Positions 46,367 to 59,025 of a stretch of DNA of 64,000 nucleotides are shown one piece after another. How positions within the stretch are numbered: position 1 is the first letter of the stretch; every line of letters starts with the position of its first letter. The translations under genes were made by a program, and so were the position numbers. This DNA is from Amoebophrya sp. A120 (taxonomy: Eukaryota; Protista; Dinoflagellata): the NCBI GenBank assembly GCA_905178155.1, contig CAJINV010000004.1:8578882-8642881 (forward strand), written 5' to 3'. The notes below the pieces were generated by a model. That model worked only from the letters and a program-made list of their open reading frames with translations, was not told the DNA's origin and made no database searches.

Positions 46367-49300
46367 TTATTTCTTCTCAAACAGTTTCCGAAAGTCCATC
46401 AAGTAGGGCGGAAATTCCAGCATGTGGCACCAATCCTCGTCGTAATCCCGCAGGCCCAGCTGCTTCCCGTTCTGAAAGTGTTGAAACCCGCACTGGTGTT
46501 TCAGAAACTTTTCGCAGTTCTGCGTGTGCTCGCTGCCCGCGTAACACACAATCACCACGTTGTCGGAGGGTTTCTCCAGAACCGCCTTGCCGATGTTGAG
46601 CAACGCCGCACAGTCGACGACTTTGTTGTTGAAGGCGTCGATCAGGATCTTCGCGTACACTTGCCCCTTGTTGCTGCAGAAGTTGGGGTATGGATTGCAA
46701 ACATGTCTGGGTCGTCTGGGAGATAATTGCGAGATTTGTCACGCTAATCTGGCATGACTCTGACCTCTGTATTGCGTGGCCGCATCAAAGAGCTCCTGCT
46801 CTTGCCTGTCATGCAGAAACGCAGTTTCTAATGCGCCGGAGTACTACACAACTCAGAACCACGGAAAAATTTGTCATGCTTGGCAGTGCATATTGTAGTG
46901 TGCGCATTGTTGTTCTTCTCTGACTTGCATATCATCACAAGTTTATTCGAGACCCAGTCAGACATATTTTTTGCATGTGATATGGGGTAGTTGGTTTTCC
47001 AGTCGCTTTTCCTGCTCAAGTCGTTTTTGCCTTGCTCGTATGCAGTGCAAAAGTATCGTACTCGTACTAATTGCGTTTATGCATTACACATCTTTTTGTT
47101 AAGGCAAATCCGCATTACAAATTCAATTTGTAATTATACCTCAATTTGTAATGCAATTTATACTTAGTACGATAAAGTTTTGCAGTTGATAGCTCGTACT
47201 CCTCCCGCTGCGCTTTGTACAGCATTTGGTATATCAAATGTAAAAATGTCTGGGTCTGGAAGAATTCATGTTTGTCATGCTTGTCTGGCATGACTCTGAA
47301 ATCTGTCATGCACGTTACCCAAGAGCTCCGTTTTTCTGTGATGCAGAAGCGCAGTTTGTCATGCAGAATAGGCAACACCTAGGAGCTCAGAAACTTGTCA
47401 TGCTGAGCCAGCATTTGATGCGTCATCATCAGACGCCACCCAGCATCACAAGTTTCCAGACCCAGACATTTTTACATTTGATATGGTACTCGTCCCAGCA
47501 GTTCAAAACCTCTGAGAACGCCTGCGTCGCGTTCTTGGCGTACTCGATCTTTTGCAAATTGTACTTTTTGTTCTCGTACTTGAGACTTCGCATGTTTTTC
47601 GCCTCCACCACCTGCACGCAGTCGCTGTGGTCAATGTCGTGGTAGATTTCCGGGTGGCAGGCACGCAGGAACGCGACAAAGTAGTCGCCCGTGCTGTCCG
47701 CCTCCTTCAGCGTTAACCCGGTTTTTTCGTCGCTCCCGAGCTCCGCATTCACCGCGTCGACGTAGAACTTCTTCACCTTTTTTACGTACTCCTCCCGCTG
47801 CTTCTTAATTTTCTCCATCCTGAGCTTCATGGTTTGTTCAGACGATGTAGTGGTGTTCTTGCCAGAAGGCCGCACGACCGCTGCATCTTCTTGCGCAATT
47901 TTTTCTGCCACGTTACTGATCCAGGTCCGGGGCGGATTCGACCCCTTGGCCCGCATGCAGGCGGAGAGCGGCGCGTGGGAGTCAGAAACGATGGCTGCAT
48001 ACGTATCGTCGCGCCGCATAATATCGCGCTTGAACGTTCTTCGTTGCGAGGGGGTAGTGGTGGTGGTGGGGGTTTTATTTTCGGTACTAGTGTTGGTTGT
48101 TGATGAAGCTCCTACTGTTGTACTTCTAGGAGGAGCTTGTTGTGATGTTTTCTTCTGCTCAACATCTCGTCCACCCTTTATCATGTTGCTGGCCACGTCG
48201 CCCCAGGTTTCCGTGCTGGAATTCGGCTCCGCGGTGCTCGCTATCCTGAGTAAAAACGTACCCACACCAGAGTCAGGATGAGGATTTTGCAACACAAACC
48301 CAGGAGTTTTGTGAGTCACGCATGACAAGTTGCAGGCTGTATTGTAGTGCAGTTTAGCAAGGGAAGCCGCATAACAAATCCACCTGCTCATCCTGTTGAC
48401 AGCATCACAAATTCCAAAACACGATAAGAAATGGCACTCATGCGAATGCGCATTACAAGTCTTCCTGTCTTTGCAAATCTGCATTACAACTCTGGTGTGG
48501 GTACGTTTTTACTCAGGATACTCGCCGAGGAAGAGTTCCCTTTTTCGTCGTCTTGCTCCTCGTCAGCAGTACCCTCGTCGTCCTTCGTAGTCTTTCTCTT
48601 CTTTGGGGAGGTAGCTGTTGAGCCGCTAGCGCTACTGGTGTTTTCGTCTTCAACATTTTTACTTCTGGTGTCCTCGAGGCTTTTGATACTACTAGTACTA
48701 CTTGCGTCCACGACTTTAGTATGATCCGTCTTGATGTTGTCCTCTACTTTTTTGACAAAGTCTTTCCCCCATTTGTGGTCACTGAACTCCAGGATGCTGC
48801 GCACGAAGCAGCACCGTCCCTGGTCCTTGCTCGTCAAATCCAGCACCTTCCGCGCGTCTATCAAACGCAAAAATGTCTGGGTCTGGAAGATTCTAAGACT
48901 TGTCATGCACGGTTTGCATCACCCATGATGTCTGTGATGCATGCCCTAGCATCACAGGTTTTTTGAGGGGTTCTTGATGCCTATCCCGCATGACAAATGC
49001 CCTCTCCGCGTAGCAAGAACTACAATCCGCTTGCTGCTCATGCAACACAAATTTTTTGGACATCCAAATGCAGCATCACAAGTTGCATTCTTCCAGACAT
49101 CCAGGGATTTTTGCATTTGATAGCGTCGTCGATCGTCCCGAAGTACAGCGTCGTCATGAACCGCATCAGGTTCGGCTATCAAGTGCAAAAGTGTCTGAGT
49201 CTGGAAGATTGCCAGGTTTGTCATGCATATTTTGCATAACCCATGATGCCTGTAATGCATGACCGAGAATCGCATATTTTCAAAGGTGGGCCTTCTGATG

Positions 49301-52300
49301 CGTATTCCGCATGAGAAACGCCCACTCCACGTAGTACAAACAAACTGAACTCCTCTTGCTGGTCATGCAATACAGATTTTTTTACCTTCCAAAGACAGCA
49401 TCACAAGTTGGAACCTTCCAGACCCAGACATTTTTGCATTTGATATCGGCCACGTTTTCACCACGTTCGCGAGAAAGGGAACGTAGTTGGCCCGGACGTT
49501 CTGGCTGTACAGCAGCAGGTCCGTGGCCTGGCCGAAAAACCCCTCCCAGGAGGGAAAGTGCCAGTCCTGCTCGCTCATGTACCTCGTTCGGTTTTTCATC
49601 AACGCGGATCTCGGTTTTTTTCGTGCGAGAATGGAGAAATCGCGGCTGCAGCTGCCGTCGCTTCTTGTCACTTCGGGATAATTTCGCAGCAACTCCTCCT
49701 CCGCCGACTCCGCTTCCATAAAGTTCCTGATGACCTCAAAATATGAATTGCACATGTATCGTACTCGTACAAATGCATTACAAATTTCCCCAGCATCAGA
49801 GATAAAATTTGTAGTGCTGATTTACCTTAAGAGAAAGATTTGTAATGCATGACTGCAATACGAATACGATACTTTTGCACAGGATACAAAACCCTCGGGG
49901 TCCATGATTTGCTCGAGTTGGTCCCGTATCAAATGCAAATATGCCTGGGCCTGGAAAGTTGGAACTTGTAATGCTAGCTGTACATTCCTGGGAAATCTGT
50001 ATTGCATAACCGACAAAAGCCGCAGCCCTTTTTGTCATGCAAGAACGCAGCTTCTCATGCGGACTGCCTATGAGAAAGCGCTCCGGAAAGTTGTCATGCT
50101 GGGCTGCATTTGGACGCATTTCCATCATGGACATTTTAGCATCGCAAGTTTCCAGACCCAGACATGTTTGCATTTGATATCCCGCTCGGACTTGGTCCAC
50201 CGAAAATCGCTCAAGTCCCGGGGGTCGATGCACGACAGGAAATCCGGTATCAAATGCAAAAATGTCTGGGTCTGAGAGATTCTGAGACTTGCGGCCATGC
50301 GCGGTTTGCATGAGCCATGATGTCTGTGATGCATGCCCTAGCATTACAGGTTTTTTGAGGGTGGAGTCTTGATGCCTATTCCGCATCACAAATGCCCTCC
50401 CCGCCGTGTAGCAAAAACTAGAATCCTTTTGCTGCTCATGCAACACAAATTGTTTAGACATCCAAATGCAGCATCACAATTTGCATTCTTCCAGACTCAG
50501 ACATTTTTGCATTCGATATCCGGCTCCTTCCCGCCAATCTCCCGGATCGAATTGTAGACCTCGTTCGCAATCCGCGCGATCTTGCTGTCGCCCGATACGT
50601 CCATGTCCGCCAAAATTTTCTCCTTGCTGGTCCGGTCCCGCCCGTGCTGGCGCAGGCGCCGCTCCAAATAGGTGAGAAAATGCCCCGTGCCGTCGTCCGG
50701 ATCCTCTTCGTCGTCCGTGTCCTCGTCGCTGTCGGACACGTCGTCAATCAACATCGGGTGCGCGACCAGTTGCCGGATTTTGTTTTCCTGCACGTGCTGG
50801 TAGGTGAAATTCAACTCGACCTCCGTGCAGGGGACCTTGGCCTCCAGAATGACGTGCATGGAATAGGGAGGTCGTGGTGAGCCAGTTTCTTCTTCCTGTT
50901 CTTTCATCACGTCTTCCGCGTCTTTCAGCCGGTCGATGCACCAGTCGTCAAACAGCATCGCGTTGCTCACCTGCCACAGCCGGTCCTTGCGCACCTCCAA
51001 AACCGCATCCATCTCCTCGTCGTACACGGTGTCGCCCCGCAGCCGCCGGTCGTTGTAGATGCGCGCCTCCGTGTCGTTGTCCGTAAAGGCGAACACCCGG
51101 AACGCTTTGTTCTCGGGGTCGGGCCGTCTGGGTAGCCGGAAGGACTGATCTTCTTGATAGTCGTCTTTATCTTTCCGGCTAGAAGTTTTTTCTACTTTCC
51201 TCGAGGGCGGCGCAGTGTAGAGTGTCGACCGGGCGGTGACCTCCTCCAGCGGCCAGTTCTCACACTCGAAGCTCAGGACCAGGGGCGTTTCGAAGTCGTC
51301 ATCGTCTTCCGAGGATTCTCAAATGCAAATATGTCTGGGTCTGGGAGATTGCGAGATTTGTCATGCTAGTCTGGCACGACTCTGAACTCTGTATTGCGTG
51401 GTCGCGAAGAGCCCCTCTTGCCTGTCCTGCCAAGCTGCAGTTTCTCATGCGGAGTACAACGCAACCCAGAACCACGGGAAAACTTGTCATGCTGGGCAGC
51501 GCATTACAGTGTGGCCATTAATATTCCCCTCGTTGCATCACAAGTTCGAGACCAAGACATATTTGCGTTCCATACGGATTCAGATTCCTCGCCGTCGTTG
51601 GAAGTAGTAGAACAACTACTACTATCCTGTGCAAAAGTATCGCACTCGTAGTAATTGTAGTCATGCATTACAAATTTTTTTCGTAAGGTAAATCCGCATG
51701 ACAAATTTTACTTCTCATGCTGAGGAAATTTGTAATGCATTTATACGAGTACGATACTTTTGCAATGCATAACTACTACCGGAAGTCGATTTATTTTTCG
51801 GGCGGTCGTCTTCCTTGTCATGATCCTCCTCCTCGTCATCTTCAATATCCGGCTCCGCGATGATCTTGTTCCCCGAGAGCAGCAAATACGCCTTCCCGGT
51901 CTCCACCCCCTTTCGATTTTTCTCCAAAACTTGCCACACCAGGAGCGCCTCCTCCAAAAAACTGCCGTCTTCCGTATGGATTGAAAAAGTGTCTGGGTCT
52001 GGAAGGATGTAACTTGTCATGCTGGTCTTGCATTCCTGTGAAATCTGTATTGTGTGACCAACAAAAGTGGTAGCCTCTCACGTCATACAAAAACGCAGTT
52101 TCTCATGCGGACTTCGGATGGGAAAGCGTTCTGCAAACAACTTGTCATGCTTTTCTGCATAAGGAAGTGTTTTCCTCTTGCACATTTTAGCATTACAAGT
52201 TTCCAGACTGACCCAGACACTTTTGCATTTGATATTCCGCCTCGTCACCCGAATCGGGTTCGCTGGCGTCCTCGAGCTGGTCCAGCAGCTCCTGCCCCCA

Positions 52301-53344
52301 CTCCTTGGCCTTCGCGAGGACTAGCTTGTTGCTTTTGGACTCGAAGATCGTGCGGTTTTGAAATTTCGTCTTCTTTCCGTTCGGCTTCTTGGCCTGCTCG
52401 GAGTTGTGTGCGGACAGGGCTTTGTCGAGCACCGCAGGCCACTCGCTGGCGGGGAGTTTTGGTGTAGGGCGGCTAGTTGTAACTCCTTCGTTATTTTTTT
52501 GATCACGTTCCACCTCTCCGACGAATTCTGTCACCGTCTCACCCCCGAACCGAACTTTTTTCTCGGCTGCTGCCTCATCTTTTTCGCCTAAAATAGATTT
52601 GCCTTCTTTTTTCATCTTTTCCCGCTCCTCCCAAACCTGCAGCGGGATCAGCTGCAGGTCCTGCGCCAGCTGGTCGCAGGCAGGGCACGACTTCTCGCTA
52701 GTAGTATTGTTTGCCTCTCTACTAGCAACTGCTGCCGTTTCTATTTCACGTTCCGCAGCATCTACTTGGCATGGTTTCATATTGCTCGCGCTCGACCTCG
52801 CAGTTGCACGGGGCCCGCACGACCTGACCTCGCACGGCTTTTTGTCGGCCGCGGTATGCCCGCTTTTTTCGTCCGCCTCTGCCTTCCAGTACTCGCATCG
52901 GCCACACGGCACCGGCTCGTACTTTTTCCGGCATGTGAACAAAGCTCTCTTCTCTCCGACACAACTACCAGCGGTACTTCGGGCTTCCTCTTCCAAGGCC
53001 AGTTCTTTTCTCTCCTCCTCGTGCTCTTCCCGCGTCCGCAGGCGGTCGGTGACCTCGACCCAGTCCAGAACCGGGTCGCACACGGCGTTCTTGCGCGTCA
53101 AGTCGACGGCGTCCTCGTGGGCCTCGCCGCACACCACCACCACCACGTTCTTTTCGAACAATTTCCCGGCCAGGGTGGACACGACGGACGGCCCAACGAC
53201 TTTCTGGCTCAGGTTCTTGTCCTGTTTGGGTGCGGAAGAGTTCCCAACTCCACCGGGCTTCTTGTTCTTCGTGGCACCATTGGGCTTCGGCTTGTTCCCT
53301 GAAGATGAACCAGAGGACTTTTTCTTGCTTCTAGACGTCATCAT
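46367..53344 (-). CDS. Large protein with Tiki/TraB/EreA/ChaN-superfamily-like motifs, multi-exon
   Basis: VVVVCGEAH near the N-terminus, HVILE, and C-terminal VIVCYAGSEH; 12 introners. The family call comes from motif spacing only. Confidence 0.6.
46689..46982. mobile_element. Introner family A
   Basis: A-type TIRs; TSD TGGGG. Confidence 0.87.
47039..47191. mobile_element. Introner family C
   Basis: C-type TIRs; TSD GCTCG. Confidence 0.88.
47232..47483. mobile_element. Introner family A
   Basis: A-type TIRs; TSD TGGTA. Confidence 0.92.
48242..48520. mobile_element. Introner family B
   Basis: Perfect TIR TATCCTGAGTAAAAACGTACCCACACCAGAGT; TSD CTCGC. Confidence 0.94.
48859..49122. mobile_element. 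Introner family A
   Basis: A-type TIRs; TSD GCGTC. Confidence 0.9.
49177..49445. mobile_element. Introner family A
   Basis: A-type TIRs; TSD TCGGC. Confidence 0.9.
49742..49886. mobile_element. Introner family C
   Basis: C-type TIRs; TSD CAAAA. Confidence 0.88.
49927..50179. mobile_element. Introner family A
   Basis: A-type TIRs; TSD TCCCG. Confidence 0.9.
50248..50518. mobile_element. Introner family A
   Basis: A-type TIRs; TSD TCCGG. Confidence 0.9.
51317..51574. mobile_element. Introner family A
   Basis: A-type TIRs (left end TCTC); TSD AGGAT/CGGAT. Confidence 0.82.
51623..51771. mobile_element. Introner family C
   Basis: C-type TIRs; TSD ACTAC. Confidence 0.92.
51975..52234. mobile_element. 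Introner family A
   Basis: A-type TIRs; TSD TTCCG. Confidence 0.9.
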
Positions 53345-54039
53345 GCTGCGGCGGTTTGATAGTACAGCTAAAGCTGCAAAAATACTTGGATTGGGACTGC
53401 GAGTTCTTGATCTTGCGAAGAGTCCATAAAAATTGGGTAGTTGTACCAGTAGCAGTACTTTGTGTTGCAGCAAAATAAGTTGTGTGGGAGTTGTGGGACC
53501 ACGGTGTACTAGAGCAGGAGGATGTTTAGTTCGACGAAAATAGAGCAATGGCGAGGTTGGTCGTAGAAAAGTTCTTGCGGACAAAGATGTAGTGTTATTT
53601 GGGGATGTTATTTTCGTTGTAAAAGAATAGTTCCTACTAGTGGGTGTGCTAGTGAAGGTCTCGCGCCGTCGCCTGCTGCAGGGGAGATGGGTTGTGAGCA
53701 ATGCGGTGGATGACGATACGAAAGCGAAACACGTATTGACCGTGACATTCACACTGTAGGCCGCGCATTCATGATGTGTACGACAATGTAAATGTATTTG
53801 TTTGTGAACGAAAGATTTTGGAACGATACGAGGGACCGTACGATTTTGGCTGACGAACATTTCTGAGTAGCCAGCGCTTTCTTTGTTTTCGTTAGTTTCA
53901 TGTACGAAAGGGGATGCGCCGTGCCAGCGGATCAGAGGGGGCGAGGAGCGCCTCGCATATGTTTTTTGCTCGCTGCAATAGCAGCCGTCAATACGTACAC
54001 ACACACAACACAGTGTCCGCGAATTTGGGCTGCGGAGTG

Positions 54040-55790
54040 CAAACAGCAAGAAAAAGCAGGCCGAGCACGGCCCGGCGCGTTAGTCTGGCGCGGGCGCGCG
54101 CGGGGCCGGGGCACTACGACAAGGGCGCGCTAAAAAAAAGGATCACAGTGGCCGCGCGCGCCAGGGCCGCACAGGCAGAAAAACAGGGGCAAAGCAGAGG
54201 CGCCAGCGGGGTTGGGCGCTCCGCGGCCTACGACACGCCAGAAGGGCGGGCCGGGGCCTGCACGCGCAGCCCAGCGAGCCGCCCGGGGCGCAGGGCTGAC
54301 CATACGACCTAGGCAGGCTTGCTGCTATCGGCGGCGGGCGGGGGCCCTTGCCGGGCTCCCCATTACCAGGGGCCTGCCGTCGAGTGGGGCCCCGCTGGCC
54401 TTCCCACTTCCCGGGGCGGCCCTCCTACGGCCGCCAGCTGCAACTCCGCACTACTCCGCGCCCTGTTTTGCGCATCTGCGCGCGCTGCCTTGTGGTTGGC
54501 GTCGCTTTCGATACTGGCAGCCTTTTGCCGGGACTGTAGTCGGCCAGCCACTAGCTCCGCGCCGGTCTGCTCCGCGAGATGGAACCTGACTACCTGGCCC
54601 ATCACCGGCTCCCGCTGGATTTTCCGGAACGAGGGAGGCCCTGCGCTTCGCCCGCCGGCCCGGCCGGCCGGCTGGCGGCCGGCGCTGGCGCCTCCGCCCG
54701 TTCTTTCTGATGCACGGACCCGGCCCAAAGCCTTCGGCGCTGTGGAGGTATTGCACCCGCCCCGCACCCCGCTGCCCGTCGCGCCCAGTTTGGTACACCC
54801 ACGACCACGAAGGCCGCCGCCCCCGGGGATGGAATGCCGCGCCGGCGGCCCCGCCTTTGCCCAAAGGCGCGCGCGCGCTGCGCACAGATTGGGTGGGAAC
54901 TTCAATACTTTGGCAGCCCCGAGGCGACGGCCTTCATCGCCGGCGTGCTAAGCGCAGCCCCGCTGTGCTGGCGCTGCGTGTCTGCTTGGAAGCACTCGCG
55001 GCAAGCCTCTGCAGTGCTGGCCTTGAAGTCCTCGAAAAGCGCCCCCAGCAAGTCCGCCGGGGGCCTCTACGACCCCCGGCGGGCCGGCCAGAAAAACTAA
55101 CCGGGACGGGCGCAGGCAAAACGCCCCCCGGCGAACGGCCGCAAGGCCACAACTGTCCGGGCTGCCGCCTTCGGGCCGTGGATCGTTGCGCCGCCCAATA
55201 TTGGCAGCGCCGAAACGTGGCCGGCCATGGCAAGCGCACTAGCGTCATCCGCGTACCCGATTGCCGTGATGCCTGCGCCCGGAGGCCGAAGCGCGCCACA
55301 GTCGGCCAAAGGGCTATTGTGTAAATGTTCCACAGGTACGGGGAGAGTATACCCCCCTGCGGGAACCTCGTGACGACCCCGCGCGCGTCCGACAAAATCC
55401 CGCCCGGCCGCACCCGGAAGCAGCTGCCGCCGTCGCCGGCGAGAGTGCGGCGCGGCGGCGGCAGCGGCAGCGTTCTTCCTCGCACACCCCTCCCCAAGCT
55501 GCGGGGCGCCCGCACGCAGGGCCGGGGGCGGGACATGCTGGGCCCTGCGCCGCGCCGGCCAAGTCCCTGCGCCGGCCGCGCTCCATTGGCTTGCGCCAGG
55601 CAACACACGCCCGCGCCACTTGTTCGCACGCTATCCCCGGCCGAACGGACAAAGACAGCGGGAATGGCGGGCCCGAGGGGCCCGCCTTGGCCAAACACGC
55701 GGCGGCCCGAACGTGGGGGAGGCCCTGACCATCGTGAACGACACGAGCGCGAGCAATTTGTTTCGGACTTCCCGCGCATTCCAACTCCGT
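54040..55790 (-). mobile_element. Degenerate GC-rich non-LTR retrotransposon (reverse transcriptase remnant); boundaries approximate
   Basis: FPQGGILSPYLWNIY (~55320-55370) is followed, after a frameshift, by AIGYADD (~55245-55265). These are non-LTR RT motifs. The region is an abrupt GC-rich island. Confidence 0.75.
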
Positions 55791-55995
55791 CTACTCGCAC
55801 ATAGACGGAAAAAAGCGGGTGACAACGTAGAACACCTGTTACTTATTTCCACTAGTAGACGAAGCATGTTCAACTTTATCAATTCCAACGCGAGACAGCA
55901 AGCTTTTACATCATCATCTGAGCCTGCCCTGCAGTTGCCGCAGCCGTCAAAACATTTTTCATTTGTCGCACAAATTGTCGCTCGATATCTGTTCA

Positions 55996-58343
55996 TCACG
56001 GATCTATTTTTTCTTTCACCTCAACAACCTCGGAACAAGGGGATCCAACCAGAATGTCGTTTTTCGGGGTACAGGAACTTGGGGACATTTTCAGACTCGT
56101 CAACCTTTCATAGCCGTACGCCTCCGCGACGTATTTCAGCCGGTCCTGGTGCACCACGAACTTCGCGAAAGCGATGCGACTTGCACTCGTCGGAGGTGGA
56201 GGTGCGACCGTTGCAATTTTTCCAGAAACCGCTCCTCGAGAATTTTCCCCTGCTGCACGACCAAGAATTTCATTTATCGCTGGGTCTGTCGATCTTTCTT
56301 GCTGTTGCTGCTCCCGCTCTGCTTCCTCCTGCGTACTTATTCCGAAGTCTTCATCGCCTTCCTGCCCGTCGTGTTCCACCTCCTCGTCACCGCCGCCGAA
56401 GTGGCTCGCAAAGTCCGCCGCTTTCGTATCACAAGGAAAAATCCCCCCTCCCCATATCAAACGGAAGTTTCTGATGCTGGATTTGCGTATACAAATCAGG
56501 TTTGTCTTGCAGTAGAGGACTGCAGGCTCCTGCCAAGCCTGAGTAGAGAGGTTTTGGCCTAGGCGTTTAGCATGAGAAACGTCTATGCTGTAGGCCCAAC
56601 AGCATCACAAACCGCCTGCATAATGCGGCGGAGCCTGTGGAGTTGTCTTCTTGCAAGACAGATGTGATTTGTGGTCTCAAATCAGCAAGACAAATTTTCG
56701 GAAACATACACTTTCGATATGGGGAGGGGGGATTTTTCCTCTCGATATTTCGCCACGACACAGAAGTCCGGAAAGGTGAGGAATTTCTGCAAAAACTGGC
56801 TACGCGGGTAGGTGAACGAGAGGTTCCAGTGTTTCCGCTTACCCTTCTCAGGAGACCCATGAGGGAGTAGATCAGGAACTTGTTGTTCGGCTGCTGTAGT
56901 CTTGTGTGTTGAAGATGATGGTTCAATAATATCAACCTCGAGACAAAACTCCGGCACAGCTGCTTCTACCTGCGCAGCACGACCACCCAGCTGCACATCA
57001 CGAGGGCCAGCGTTAATATCATGATTCCCTCGAAACCGCCTCACATCCTGCGCCAACCGCCCCACGCAGCAGGGCGCGACGACAAAGGTCGCGCTCCGCG
57101 CCGCTGCCAGTGCCATCACTTCGTCGCTGGCCCGTCCGCAGGCGTGGAGCGCGATGGCGAGGTCGAGAGGGAGGGTGTCCGGGAACTGGGCCACCATGCA
57201 GTGCAGCAGTCGGATGCGGAGAGCGGTGTGGTTCGTTTTGGGGTTTACAAAGATGAACAACTGCTCGTTGTTTACTTTCGTCGCTCTCGCTGCTGCGTGT
57301 GCCGGTGCAGAAGTACCCCCGTGTAGAAGTCCTCGTCGTCGTAGTCTTATAATTTCCTCTTGGTCTTCTAGCTTGAGGTCGTTCTCCTTCTCCTTACGAG
57401 AAGAAGAAGTAGCTCTTGCTTTATCATCATTTCCAGTCGCGATTAACATTTTGTAGCCGAACTCGCGCAAAATCGGTTCTTCCAGTGCCCGAATCCGTTT
57501 TCCCGCAGTCGCCAGCGCGTCGCCGCTCATATCTAGAATGCTGAAATCGAGAATCGTGTTGCTTGGGAACGTCTTCAAAGGGGACGAACCATTTGATATT
57601 TCCTGGTCATCCGCTATCGCCCGTAACAACACCCACAGTAGGGGAAACGCCACGTGTCCACTCCCCGCACAGAATTCCACGACGTGGAAAGTTTTGGAAG
57701 ATGATGATGTGGATCTCGTCGTTCTTGTTGTACTAGCAGCACGTGGTGGTCGTAGTTCATCCGCTTGTGGTACATCAACTAGGGAACAAGTAGAAGATCG
57801 AAAAGACGGCACCACCTCCTCCACCTGCCCTCGCATCATCACCCTAGCCTGCTCGTAGCAAACGGACACCATGTTCTCGATCTGCAGCCTCTTCCGTCCG
57901 ACCCGCGACTCCGGCACGCCGCCCGCAGCTCCCGGGTCGCACGCGGTTCTCGGCGCGGCGGTGCGGAGTTCGCGTGCGACAAAGGGGTCGACTTGGACAG
58001 AAGAAACATCGGTTCTGATGGCAGTAGATGATGTTTCCGTATTTATGTTGTTGCTGAAAGATGACCTACACCCGGAAGACCTCCACGCGTCTGTGTTGTA
58101 GCTCTTTTCCAGCTCTTCCAGCACAATCTCCTGTCTGCTCTTCTCCTTCTTCCGCGCGCCGCCTCGGTACTTGGACCGCCGAGAGGTGCGAGGTGGTGGA
58201 ACTACAGGTTTATTGATGTTCTTGCCAAGGGCATTGTCATGCTGCGAATATACCAGTCCTCGCGCTGTCGGTCGTAGGCAAAGCTGTGGCTCCTCGCCCC
58301 AAGAAAACTCGGTTAAAAAACTGCTCCCGTTGTCGAGCAGCAT
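55996..58343 (-). CDS. SAM-dependent methyltransferase, GSTCD / Methyltransf_32-like
   Basis: VVEFCAGSGHVA, IALHACGRASD, FVVAPCCVG, YPRSQ and C-terminal DR..GY..M.PSSCTPKNDILVG; one introner. Confidence 0.85.
56427..56747. mobile_element. Introner family D
   Basis: D-type TIRs; TSD TTTCG; removal gives VVAKAADF. Confidence 0.92.
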
Positions 58344-59025
58344 GATTTTTATCGTGTTGCTTGCTTCGTGAAGATCTTCGTGGGTTCGTTCATCGGCGGA
58401 CTAGGATAATCATTGTTCTGCTAAAAATCACAAGTAGTACCACTAGACCAGTCGCTTCAGTTGTTCATTCCTATGGTCCAGTCTTCAAGATGTAATTAGA
58501 CACGTTCGTCTTTCTACCCAACACAAGCCTGTCATAGAAGTACGATGAGTGGAAATGACTTTACTATATAGAGAAGGGAACAGCAAAAGAGGCGCTCGGT
58601 GAAAAAAAAAAAACCGGCGTGGCGCTTGCGTTAATCGATTGAAATTGACCTTCGTTCGTAAAGCGTGCCGGCGGGATCGGTGGATCTTCGGATTATCAAG
58701 ATCAAGATCTCTGTACGAATTCTGCTGTTTTTCAACAGAAGATCTGAACTTTGGTGAGCACTTGCAGCACTTCTGTGCGGAACTACCGCTCGAAGATCCC
58801 TGTAATATTCTTTCCAAGGAGCTGGCTAGCAAAGTGGTTGTGCTGCTGCTGGTGCAGCAGCTCACGTAATTAATTTGCCTGATCCGGTTCCAACTCCACG
58901 CAGGCAGGACCCTATTCTAAATTTGCGAAGAACATCAGCGAAAACTCTACTGCAACTCTTTGCTTCAAGCTTTTATCTCGTCCACGTCCACCGTTGTTCT
59001 TCCTGTTCCTACCCATTACTTCTTA

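Noticed and set aside
54212-55804. Many overlapping Arg/Pro/Ala-rich ORFs
   Set aside because: An artefact of very high GC content; only the RT motifs are supportable.
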